A stretch of 61,830 bases of DNA from positions 1 to 61,830 of the forward strand of contig JALSGT010000084.1 of NCBI GenBank assembly GCA_026982555.1, in the 5' to 3' direction. Numbering within the stretch: the first letter of the stretch is position 1; the number at the start of each line of letters is the position of its first letter. The notes beneath the pieces are model-generated. The model searched no databases, was not told the origin of the DNA, and worked only from the letters and a program-made list of their open reading frames with translations. The stretch comes from Chromatiales bacterium. GTDB taxonomy: Bacteria; Pseudomonadota; Gammaproteobacteria; SZUA-152. This document shows positions 40,473 to 49,369 of the stretch, in pieces. The position numbers and the translations under genes are program-made.

Positions 40473-40514
40473 CGAATACCGTTACGGTGTGGATAACAAC
40501 CACGGAGAAAAACA

Positions 40515-41360
40515 ATGACAGAGATGATTGAACCCGTATCGGTGGCCACCATTGATCACGAAGACCATGAAGAAGAAACCTGTGCATTTTGTACCGCACC
40601 GACCAAACCCACCGATGAAAAAAACACGCTTCAGGATGATTTTGATGAAGACAAACATGAAATTCCGGGCCTGAATGATGATGGTATGGCACTTAAAAAC
40701 AGCGCCGGGCAGCTCGGCAAAAACCTCGCCAAAAAAGGAGCGGCGCAGATCACTGCCGAGGTGAAACTGGCCGGACTTGCCAAAATACTGCCGGTGACCA
40801 GTGCTGCCCATCATGTGATTCCCGGCAATGCAGCGTTAAAGAGAAGTGAAATCATGCAATACCTGCATACCGACGGCATGGCCACGGGCAATATCGGTTA
40901 TAACGTCAACAACGATGAAAATGGTATCTGGCTGGTGGGTAATTATGCCTTGCGTGGCAAAAAAGGGTTGCCCGCCTGGGGGCCTGAAGGTGCTCATTTC
41001 ACTGTCGGTAAACCGGGTGTGCCGGGCACTAAAAAAGACCCTTATGAATATGCCAAAGCAGCGATAGAAGCAACCGGTTACCAGTTCCACGATGGCCATG
41101 ATAAATACAGTATATTTGTGAAAAAAACATTGGATTTGATCGCCAAAAAAATGGAGCTGACGCAGGATGTCTGGTGTATCGAGGCAGCCAATAAGCCGAA
41201 TAAACCTGAAGAGCAGCAACTGTTCATGTTGGTCAACCGGCTCAACACGGTCTCACGACGCATGAAAACCCTGTTGCAAAACCCGGGTAAAAACTGGAAA
41301 AAAAATGTTTTTACCTCCCGTTTCAGTGAAAAATATATCGAAGATGAAATCTATAAATAA
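40515..41360 (+). CDS. AHH-family (HNH/EndoVII fold) nuclease effector, copy 1
   Basis: SAAHHVIPG, GYNVNNDENGIWL, QFHDGHDKY; own GGAGA RBS. Confidence 0.8.
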   Translation: MTEMIEPVSVATIDHEDHEEETCAFCTAPTKPTDEKNTLQDDFDEDKHEIPGLNDDGMALKNSAGQLGKNLAKKGAAQITAEVKLAGLAKILPVTSAAHHVIPGNAALKRSEIMQYLHTDGMATGNIGYNVNNDENGIWLVGNYALRGKKGLPAWGPEGAHFTVGKPGVPGTKKDPYEYAKAAIEATGYQFHDGHDKYSIFVKKTLDLIAKKMELTQDVWCIEAANKPNKPEEQQLFMLVNRLNTVSRRMKTLLQNPGKNWKKNVFTSRFSEKYIEDEIYK

Positions 41361-41376
41361 ATAGAGAGAGGCAAGT

Positions 41377-41979
41377 ATGTTTTATATGCTGGATGATACC
41401 ACCGCAAAAAAGCGCTGGCTGGATATTGATGACTATCTGGATCATTATGGTTTTCGCTCACAATATGGAACAACGTTCAGGTGGTTTAATGGGTCGATAT
41501 TCGTTGACGCCCCCCCTGAACCCTTTGAAATAAAGTTGCGACCGCTTGAGGTTGACCATCCTGATCACGGCCCACTGATTCCATCATACTATGATGACAC
41601 AATTGTTTTGATGCGCGATGATCTGATCGAGGCGATGGTGACCTTTGGTGTGGATAACCTGGACACCTATGCGGTGAACCTCACCGACCCGGATGATGGC
41701 ACGGTTTACACTAACTACAAGGCGGTCAATATCATCGGCGTAGTGGCTGCCGCCGACATGAAAAAATCCACCGCAACGGTGCATAACAACATCCCGCTGG
41801 TGGATGTCTCCTTCGACAAGCTCGTGATCAATGAAGAAAAGGTGCAGGATTTACTGCTCTTTCGTCTGGCAGAAAACCTGATGACCATCCTGATGAACGA
41901 GCACCTGCGCAACTATCTGCTGGAAAAAGGGTTTGATGATATTAAGTATTACCCGCTGGATGAAGTGGCGACACCATAA
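41377..41979 (+). CDS. Imm11/DUF1629-like immunity protein, copy 1
   Basis: Immediately downstream of the toxin; V.LMRDDL.EAM..FGVDN, Y..VNIIG, LFRLAEN. Confidence 0.72.
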   Translation: MFYMLDDTTAKKRWLDIDDYLDHYGFRSQYGTTFRWFNGSIFVDAPPEPFEIKLRPLEVDHPDHGPLIPSYYDDTIVLMRDDLIEAMVTFGVDNLDTYAVNLTDPDDGTVYTNYKAVNIIGVVAAADMKKSTATVHNNIPLVDVSFDKLVINEEKVQDLLLFRLAENLMTILMNEHLRNYLLEKGFDDIKYYPLDEVATP

Positions 41980-42013
41980 CGGTGATGATGATGGTAATCA
42001 CGGAGAACAGACA

Positions 42014-42859
42014 ATGACAGAGATGATTGAACCCGTATCGGTGGCCACCATTGATCACGAAGACCATGAAGAAGAAACCTGTGCATTTTGTACCGCACCG
42101 ACCAAACCAACCGATGAAAAAAACACGCTTCAGGATGATTTTGATGAAGATAAAAATGAAATCCCGGGCCTGAATGATGATGGCATGGCACTTAAAAACA
42201 GCGCCGGGCAGCTCGGCAAAAACCTCGCCGAAAAAGGAGCGGCGCAGATCACTGCCGAGGTGAAACTGGCCGGACTTGCCAAAATACTGCCGGTGACCAG
42301 TGCTGCCCATCATGTGATTCCCGGCAATGCAGCGTTAAAGAGAAGTAAAATCATGAAATACCTGCATACCGACGGCATGGCCACGGGCAATATCGGTTAT
42401 AACGTCAACAACGATGAAAATGGTATCTGGCTGGTGGGTAATTATGCTTTGCGTGGCAAAAAAGGGCTGCCCGCCTGGGGGCCTGAAGGTGCTCATTTTA
42501 CCGTCGGCAAACCCGAAGTGCCCGGCACGGGCAAAGACCCTTATGAATATGCCAAAGCGGCGATAGAATCAACCGGTTGCCAGTTCCACGATGGTCACGG
42601 GAAGTACAGTACATTTGTGGAAAAAACACTGGATTTGATTGCCAAAAAAATGGGGCTGACGCAGGATGTCTGGTGTATCGAGGCAGCCAATAAACCGGCG
42701 AAACCTGAAGAGCAGCAACTGTTCATGCTGGTCAACCGGCTCAACACAGTCTCTCGACGCATGAAAACTATGTTGCAAAACCCGGGTAAAAACTGGAAAA
42801 AGAATGTTTTTACCTCCCGTTTCAGTGAAAAATATATCGAAGATGAAATCTATAAATAA
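42014..42859 (+). CDS. AHH nuclease effector, copy 2
   Basis: Same 281-aa length as copy 1, intact AHH motifs, about 15 substitutions; 1499-bp offset from copy 1. Confidence 0.8.
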   Translation: MTEMIEPVSVATIDHEDHEEETCAFCTAPTKPTDEKNTLQDDFDEDKNEIPGLNDDGMALKNSAGQLGKNLAEKGAAQITAEVKLAGLAKILPVTSAAHHVIPGNAALKRSKIMKYLHTDGMATGNIGYNVNNDENGIWLVGNYALRGKKGLPAWGPEGAHFTVGKPEVPGTGKDPYEYAKAAIESTGCQFHDGHGKYSTFVEKTLDLIAKKMGLTQDVWCIEAANKPAKPEEQQLFMLVNRLNTVSRRMKTMLQNPGKNWKKNVFTSRFSEKYIEDEIYK

Positions 42860-42873
42860 ATAGAGAGGCAAGT

Positions 42874-43476
42874 ATGTTTTATATGTTAGATGATACCAGC
42901 GCAAAAAAACGCTGGCTGGATATCGATGATTATATAGATCGTTATGACTTTCGCTCACCGTATGACGATAAATTCACCTGGTTTAATGGGTCGATATTCG
43001 TTGACGCCCCCCCTGAACCCTTTGAAATAAAACTGCTGCCCTATGTTGCCGAAGACCCTGATCACGGCCCATTGATTCCATCATATTATGATCACAAAAT
43101 TGTCTTGATGCGCGATGACCTGGTCGAGGCGATGGAGGCTTTTGGTGTGGATAACCTGGACACCTATGCGGTGAACCTCACCGACCCGGATGATGGCACG
43201 GTTTACACTAACTACAAGGCGGTCAATATCATCGGCGTAGTGGCTGCCGCCGACATGAAAAAATCCACCGCAACAGTGCATAACAACATCCCGCTGGTGG
43301 ATGTCTCCTTCGACAAGCTGGTGATCAATGAAGAAAAGGTGCAGGATTTGCTGCTCTTTCGTCTGGCAGAAAACCTGATGACCATCCTGATGAACGAGCA
43401 CCTGCGCAACTATCTGCTGGAAAAAGGGTTTGATGATATTAAGTATTACCCGCTGGATGAAGTGGCGACACCATGA
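42874..43476 (+). CDS. Imm11/DUF1629-like immunity protein, copy 2
   Basis: 200 aa; identical to copy 1 after residue ~90, divergent before it. Confidence 0.72.
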   Translation: MFYMLDDTSAKKRWLDIDDYIDRYDFRSPYDDKFTWFNGSIFVDAPPEPFEIKLLPYVAEDPDHGPLIPSYYDHKIVLMRDDLVEAMEAFGVDNLDTYAVNLTDPDDGTVYTNYKAVNIIGVVAAADMKKSTATVHNNIPLVDVSFDKLVINEEKVQDLLLFRLAENLMTILMNEHLRNYLLEKGFDDIKYYPLDEVATP

Positions 43477-43582
43477 CTTTTAATCCCGGCAGGTTTACGT
43501 TCCCGCTGCTTGCCGTGTTGTTGGGGGAGTGGATTTAGCCGTAAAGATCGAAAAGGAAATCTATAAATAACGAGAGGCAAGT

Positions 43583-44149
43583 ATGTTTTATATGCTGGAT
43601 GATACCACCGCAAAAAAACGCTGGCTGGATATTAGTAATTATAATGACTGTTATGGTTTTCGCTCACAATATGGAACCAGGTTCAGGTGGTTTAATGGGT
43701 CGATATTCGTTGATGCCCCCCCTGAACCCTTTGAAATAAAACTGCTGCCCTATGTTGCCGAAGACCCTGATCACGGCCCATTGATTCCATCATATTATGA
43801 TCACAAAATTGTCTTGATGCGCGATGACCTGATCGAGGCGATGGTGACCTTTGGTGTGGATAACCTGGACACCTATGCGGTGAACCTTACCGACCCGGAT
43901 GATGGCACGGTTTACACTAACTACAAGGCGGTCAATATCATCGGCGTAGTGGCTGCCGCCGACATGAAAAAATCCACCGCAACAGTGCATAACAACATCC
44001 CGCTGGTGGATGTCTCCTTCGACAAGCTGGTGATCAATGAAGAGAAGGTGCAGGATTTGCTGCTGTTTCGTCTGGCGGAAAACCTGATGACCATCCTGAT
44101 GAATGAGCACCTGCGAAACTACCTGCTGGATGAAGTGGCGACGCCGTAG
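43583..44149 (+). CDS. Orphan Imm11-like immunity protein, copy 3 (mosaic, 12-aa deletion)
   Basis: 188 aa; lacks EKGFDDIKYYPL; preceded only by a 24-nt toxin 3'-end scar (43547-43570). Confidence 0.7.
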   Translation: MFYMLDDTTAKKRWLDISNYNDCYGFRSQYGTRFRWFNGSIFVDAPPEPFEIKLLPYVAEDPDHGPLIPSYYDHKIVLMRDDLIEAMVTFGVDNLDTYAVNLTDPDDGTVYTNYKAVNIIGVVAAADMKKSTATVHNNIPLVDVSFDKLVINEEKVQDLLLFRLAENLMTILMNEHLRNYLLDEVATP

Positions 44150-44185
44150 TTTTTGATGATGCCTGGGTTTGGTGTTTTGAATAAA

Positions 44186-45421
44186 ATGAATACACAACAT
44201 TTTTTTAAAGATATTCATGAGCAATATGTTGATGATGCCGCTTTTCTGTGGATATTACGCTCAGTTGCGACAGAAAAACCTCACTATAAGGCTAGTGATA
44301 TACAGGGGCTGGAACAACGCATCGAGGCACCTCTCGATGGGCTTATGACCTCGTTGGAGTCTGGCTGGGCGGCTTGTGAGTCAGCCCTGGAGATGCAAGA
44401 GCCGGGTGAGGTGTTTACCGCGATGACCATCGCCATGCGCAGCCATGAAGCCCGTAAAATCCAGCAGGCTGTTGAAGCTGGATTGGCCAATGATCTCGCC
44501 ACGCCCGGTTTGATCTCTGCCATGGGCTGGCTGCCCGCTGAAATCGCAACCCCCTGGATGGAACGGTTTCTCAATGGCAAAGAGATGAATCACAAGTATT
44601 TAGGCTTGGCGACCTGTAGTGTCCGCCGCCAGGACCCGGGCGAAATACTGACTAATATTTTACGACGAGACGACTGTCTGCAACATGAAAAGCTCTATGC
44701 ACGCGCTTTGCGTTTGATTGGAGAATTACGCCGTCAGGATTGTATGCCAGCAATCAATACCTCCCTGCATGACGACAATGAAAATATCCGCTTCTGGGCA
44801 AACTGGTCTGCGGTGTTATTAGGCCAGCGAGCCAGTGTTAAAAATCTCGAATCCCTTGTTTTTAAAGCCGGCCCCCATCAAGACCAGGCTATCCAGCTGG
44901 CTTTCCGGGTTTTGCCCGTCGAGCAGGCCCGGGAATGGATCTCCAGATTATCAGAAGATGGAAGCCAGATCCGGGCGGTAATCAAGGCCACGGGCGTACT
45001 CGGCGATCCTCACGCTATTAACTGGCTGATCAGCAAAATGCAAAACCCAATATTAGCAAAACTCGCTGGTGAGTCATTTTCATTAATCACGGGCATCGAT
45101 TTAGAAAGACACCATTTGCAAATTGATGTGCCTGACAATACGTCTCCCGTCGAAAATGTTGACGATGACAATATCGAGCTGGATCAGGATGAAAATTTGC
45201 CATTCCCGGATGTCACGAAAGTGGAAGCCATTTGGCGTAATCATGGACAGAACTTTATTATTGGCCGTCGCTATTTTATGGGCCGCCCTGTTACATCAGA
45301 AATTCTTAAAGAAAAATTGGCCGACGGTACACAACGTCAACGTCATGCAGCAGCAATGGAGCTGGCATTGAGTGAAAATGATGTGCAGCTTCCCAACACG
45401 CGCGCACGGATATTGGCCTGA
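44186..45421 (+). CDS. TIGR02270-family HEAT-repeat T6SS accessory protein
   Basis: DDAAFLW..R...P.Y...L..RIEA.LDGL, GDPHAINWLI, AGESFSLITG, LPFPD. Confidence 0.82.
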   Translation: MNTQHFFKDIHEQYVDDAAFLWILRSVATEKPHYKASDIQGLEQRIEAPLDGLMTSLESGWAACESALEMQEPGEVFTAMTIAMRSHEARKIQQAVEAGLANDLATPGLISAMGWLPAEIATPWMERFLNGKEMNHKYLGLATCSVRRQDPGEILTNILRRDDCLQHEKLYARALRLIGELRRQDCMPAINTSLHDDNENIRFWANWSAVLLGQRASVKNLESLVFKAGPHQDQAIQLAFRVLPVEQAREWISRLSEDGSQIRAVIKATGVLGDPHAINWLISKMQNPILAKLAGESFSLITGIDLERHHLQIDVPDNTSPVENVDDDNIELDQDENLPFPDVTKVEAIWRNHGQNFIIGRRYFMGRPVTSEILKEKLADGTQRQRHAAAMELALSENDVQLPNTRARILA

Positions 45422-45537
45422 GGGCAAAACAGTGCTTTCACCATCCAGGTAAAACAGGCAGTAAGAATGATTCAACCATCTACGGCAGTTAGTAACAAGA
45501 ATTCTGGAAGCTGCCGTGCGGGTGAGACTTGCTCAAA

Positions 45538-45570
45538 TAAAAAAGGCCACCGTATTAGGGCGACCCTTTC
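45538..45570 (-). terminator. Terminator of ssrA
   Basis: Minus strand AGGGTCGCC...GGTGGCCTT followed by a T run, just downstream of the tmRNA CCA. Confidence 0.6.
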
Positions 45571-45584
45571 ATTTTGAACAAAGA

Positions 45585-45947
45585 TGGTGGAGCTGGCGGG
45601 AGTCGAACCCGCGTCCGCAAATCCTCCGCCTTCGGATCTACATGCTTAGCCAAGTCTTTAAATTTAACCGCACGCTACCCGACTGGCAGGGAAGACGTAC
45701 GACGAGCTCAGTCAGGTTTTAGCGAATTGGCCCTGAACATACCTCATCGCGATCTTGTGAGAGTCGACCCCGGTGATCTCCATGCACAAGCACATGTAAG
45801 GCCGAGGGCACTAAGACAGGTTATTAAGCTGCTAGTGCGTAGTTGTCGTCGTTGGCAACTATAAAGTTTGCAGTTGGATTTACGAGGTAATTGCTCCTCG
45901 GCATGCACCTCAGGTTTTGTGACCCACGTCGAAGCCAGGTCAGCCCC
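45585..45947 (-). ncRNA. ssrA: tmRNA
   Basis: 5' GGGGCTGACCTGGCTTCGAC, tag ANDDNYALAA, 3' TCGACTCCCGCCAGCTCCACCA. Confidence 0.96.
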
Positions 45948-46232
45948 ATTGGTTCTCTTTCTGAGACCTGCATTGTAACGGAAAGTTTCGCGCTTTTGAC
46001 AGGAATATTTTGATTGTGTCGAAGGAAAGGGGGGTGCCGAGCTTTCATGATGCGTTGCTTGCCTTTGGTAAAGCCGGTTTCGGGCTTTGGCCCGAATTGA
46101 ACCAACGATGCCCCACCCACAGACAAAGGATCTGGCTGAACGTTATGAATGCACCGCTATCACCGCAAGCTTGAACCGAGGTTAAAATATCATGGAATGA
46201 GAAAGTCCGGTGCGGACAAGGAGGGTTCAATA

Positions 46233-46820
46233 GTGAAAAAGAATAGGGGGTTTAGTCCTGGCCTACAAGGCGAGGCTAAAGCCTCACTTCCGAGACATCG
46301 TCATCTTCCTCATCTGGATATGGAAAATCATCACCAGTTTATCACGTTTCGCACCCGGGATAGCGTTGATGGCTACTTGAAAAAACGGGCACAACAAAAC
46401 CTGCCCAATGGTAAACGGCAGCTCGCGATAGACAAATATCTGGATCAATCAAAAAATGGTGCTTACCTTAATGATGATGTTTTGGTTTTATTCAGTGAGT
46501 TTATTAAAACGAAAGACACGGTGTTATATGAACTCATTGCTTTTTGTATCATGCCAAACCATGTTCATCTGTTGATAAAACCATTGGATAAGCTGGCTAA
46601 GGTGATGCAAAAACTAAAAGGGGGCAGTGCAAAATTAATTAATGAAATGCTGGGGAGAAAGGGGAGTTTTTGGGCGGTAGATTATTACGACAAATTAATC
46701 AGAGACGAAAAACATTTTTCTGTTGTGTATGAGTACATCAAAAATAACCCGGCTGTTTTGGGCGAGGCTAAAGCCTCACCTCCAAGGTTTTACGGTATTT
46801 ACGAGGAACCGGGACTTTAG
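46233..46820 (+). mobile_element. REP-associated tyrosine transposase (RAYT, HUH Y1)
   Basis: RHLPH...QFITFRT, CIMPNHVHLL (HUH), FW...YYD..IRD, YI.NNP. Start uncertain (46149 ATG, 46233 GTG behind AAGGAGGG, or 46320). Confidence 0.85.
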
Positions 46821-46890
46821 CCTCGGACAGATCACAAGGCAAGATTTACGGTATTTACGAGGAACCGGGGCTTTAGCCCCGGACAGATCA
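46789..46890. repeat. Tandem 46-bp duplication, each copy holding a GGGCTAAAGCCC-type REP
   Basis: 46789-46834 and 46845-46890 differ at 2 positions; the second copy has a perfect CCGGGGCT-TT-AGCCCCGG hairpin. Confidence 0.8.
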
Positions 46891-46936
46891 ACAGGGCGCA
46901 ACCGGCAGCCAATAACCACGGTCAGGCAGCAAAGGG

Positions 46937-47410
46937 TTACCGGCCTTTCATGATGCGCTGTTTGTCCCGTTTCCAGTCGCGGTCTTTCTCGGCGGCGCGT
47001 TTGTCGTGTTGCTGTTTACCTTTGGCGAGGCCGATTTCGGCTTTGACCCGTCCGTGTTTCCAGTACAGGGCCGTCGGCACCATGGTGTAGCCTTTGCGTT
47101 CTACGGCTCCGATGAGTTTGTTGATTTCCGAGCGATGCAGCAGCAGTTTGCGTACCCGTGTGGGTTCGGGATGAATGTGGGTGGAGGCGGTGAGCAGAGG
47201 GGTGATCAGCAGGTTGCTGATGTAGGCCTCGTTGTTTTTGAGAAATACGTGGGCATCGACAATCTGGATGCGCCCGGCGCGCAGGGCTTTGACTTCCCAG
47301 CCTTGCAGGACGATACCGGCCTCGAAGCGATCTTCGATGAAAAAATTATGACGGGCCTGTTTGTTCAGCGCGATGGTATTGCTGTTGCCGGGTTTTTTCT
47401 TCTTTGACAT
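46937..47410 (-). CDS. smpB: SsrA-binding protein
   Basis: [10 protein letters not shown]...[30 protein letters not shown]. Confidence 0.96.
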   Translation of the reverse strand: MSKKKKPGNSNTIALNKQARHNFFIEDRFEAGIVLQGWEVKALRAGRIQIVDAHVFLKNNEAYISNLLITPLLTASTHIHPEPTRVRKLLLHRSEINKLIGAVERKGYTMVPTALYWKHGRVKAEIGLAKGKQQHDKRAAEKDRDWKRDKQRIMKGR

Positions 47411-47527
47411 GGCGGGGGATTATACCGGAAGGATACGGCTTTGAGGGGGAGTTGGGCCGGGGAGTTGAGCCAATGCGTTAATTCACCGACAATGCTGCCA
47501 ATAAAATCTGCGGGAGGGCAGGTCGGT

Positions 47528-48892
47528 ATGTCAACAAAACGTGAATCCATTCACGGTCAATGGTCTAATCGCTGGATTTTTATTCTGGCAGCTACGGGCT
47601 CGGCGGTGGGTCTGGGCAATATCTGGAAATTTCCGTACATCACGGGTGAGAATGGCGGCGGCGCGTTTGTGCTGGTGTATTTGCTGTGTATTGCGGCCAT
47701 TGGTATTCCGATTATGATGGCTGAGGTATTGCTGGGGCGGCGTGGTCGGCAAAGCCCGATTAACACCATGAAAACGCTGGCCAGAGAGGAAGGCCGTTCA
47801 GGTGCCTGGGCGTTATTGGGCTGGAGCGGGGTGATCGCGGGTTTTTTGATCCTCTCTTATTACAGTGTCATTGCAGGCTGGGCACTGGCGTATGTGTTGA
47901 ATGCCGGGTCGGGTGTATTCACTAATGCACCGGCGGCAGAGATTCAAAATATATTTGCAGCATTGACCGCCAGCCCGGGGCAGCTGATTTTCTGGCACAG
48001 CCTGTTTATGCTGATGACCATGCTGGTGGTGGCGCGGGGTGTGAAAAAAGGGTTGGAGGTGGCTATCCGGTTTTTGATGCCCGCGTTGTTTGTGTTGTTG
48101 TTGATTATGGTGGGTTATGCCATTAGCAGCGGTGATTTTGTCCGTGGCTTGCGTTTTTTGTTTACGCCGGACTTCAGTAAAATCACTGGGGAGGGGGTGC
48201 TGATTGCTATGGGTCATGCCTTTTTCACGCTGAGCCTGGGTATGGGGGCGATTATGATCTATGGCTCGTACATGCCTCAAAATGCCTCTATTGCGAAAAC
48301 GTCGATTATTGTGGCGCTGGCGGATACTGCTGTTGCATTGCTGGCCGGTATGGCCATTTTTCCCATTGTGTTTGCCAATGCCCTGGAGCCGGGTGCAGGC
48401 CCGGGGTTAATTTTCCAGACGTTGCCCATTGCTTTTGGCAGTATGCCCGGCGGCAGTTTTTTTGGGACGGTATTTTTTGTGCTGCTGGTACTGGCAGCAT
48501 GGTCTTCGGCCATTTCGCTGATTGAACCGGCGGTGGCCTGGCTGGTGGAAAACAAGGGCTGGACGCGCATCAAGGCCAGTGCCTGGTGTGGTTTCGCAAC
48601 GTGGCTGATGGGGCTGGGTACGGTGTTGTCGTTTAATGAATGGTCTGCCTATACCCTGTGGGGCAAAAACTTTTTTGATTTATTGGACTTTCTGACATCT
48701 AACATTATGTTGCCGCTGGGCGGGTTGTTTATCGCGCTGTTTGCAGCCTGGGTGATGAAGTCGTCGTCCACCGCTGATGAGCTGAAATTGCCCGAAAACG
48801 GCATGGCGCATACCGGCTGGCGGTTTTTGGTGCGCTTTGTCACGCCAGTGGCGGTGATTATTGTTTTCCTTAATGCCATTGGGGTGGTGTGA
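47528..48892 (+). CDS. Sodium-dependent transporter, NSS/SNF family
   Basis: GSAVGLGNIWKFPY, GGGAF, HAFFTLSLGMG, GPGLIF, SAISLIEP. Confidence 0.92.
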   Translation: MSTKRESIHGQWSNRWIFILAATGSAVGLGNIWKFPYITGENGGGAFVLVYLLCIAAIGIPIMMAEVLLGRRGRQSPINTMKTLAREEGRSGAWALLGWSGVIAGFLILSYYSVIAGWALAYVLNAGSGVFTNAPAAEIQNIFAALTASPGQLIFWHSLFMLMTMLVVARGVKKGLEVAIRFLMPALFVLLLIMVGYAISSGDFVRGLRFLFTPDFSKITGEGVLIAMGHAFFTLSLGMGAIMIYGSYMPQNASIAKTSIIVALADTAVALLAGMAIFPIVFANALEPGAGPGLIFQTLPIAFGSMPGGSFFGTVFFVLLVLAAWSSAISLIEPAVAWLVENKGWTRIKASAWCGFATWLMGLGTVLSFNEWSAYTLWGKNFFDLLDFLTSNIMLPLGGLFIALFAAWVMKSSSTADELKLPENGMAHTGWRFLVRFVTPVAVIIVFLNAIGVV

Positions 48893-48894
48893 TA

Positions 48895-49329
48895 ATGCCG
48901 ACAATTGCAAAAAGTGCATTGGTACACCACAGTGCGGCTGATATGTTTGCCCTGGTGGATAACGTGCCTGCTTATGTGGACTTTCTCCCCTGGTGTGGGG
49001 GTTCCGAGGAATTGTCGCGCAGCGAGGACGAGGTGCGGGCGACGGTGGTGATTGCTTATGGTGGCTTGAATAAAGCGTTTACCACGCTAAATCGTTTACA
49101 GCCTGACAAGATGATTGAGATTAATTTGATTGACGGCCCCTTTAAACACCTGCATGGCTTTTGGCGTTTTGATGCGCTGTCGGAAAATGCCTGTAAGATA
49201 TCGTTTGATATGGAGTATGAGTTTTCCAGTAAACTGGTGGGTATGGCCCTGGGGCCGGTGTTCAGCCAGATTGCCAATGCTTTGCTGGATTCTTTTTGTC
49301 AACGTGCGGAGGTGGTGTATGGAAACTAG
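48895..49329 (+). CDS. ratA: RatA/PasT (Coq10 START-domain) protein
   Basis: MFALVDNVPAYVDFLPWC, FTTLN, GPFKHLHGFWRF. Confidence 0.9.
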   Translation: MPTIAKSALVHHSAADMFALVDNVPAYVDFLPWCGGSEELSRSEDEVRATVVIAYGGLNKAFTTLNRLQPDKMIEINLIDGPFKHLHGFWRFDALSENACKISFDMEYEFSSKLVGMALGPVFSQIANALLDSFCQRAEVVYGN

Positions 49330-49369
49330 TGTTGCAAGTCACCGGGATCAAAGCGAAATAAAGGGTGAA

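Noticed and set aside
34776-45421. Prophage or tailocin/eCIS interpretation of the tube and spike genes
   Set aside because: No sheath, baseplate, tape-measure, capsid or lysis genes; the accessory set is that of T6SS auxiliary modules.
46761-46890. Short repeats suggesting a CRISPR array
   Set aside because: Only two tandem units, no unique spacers of regular length, no cas genes; they are REP hairpins.
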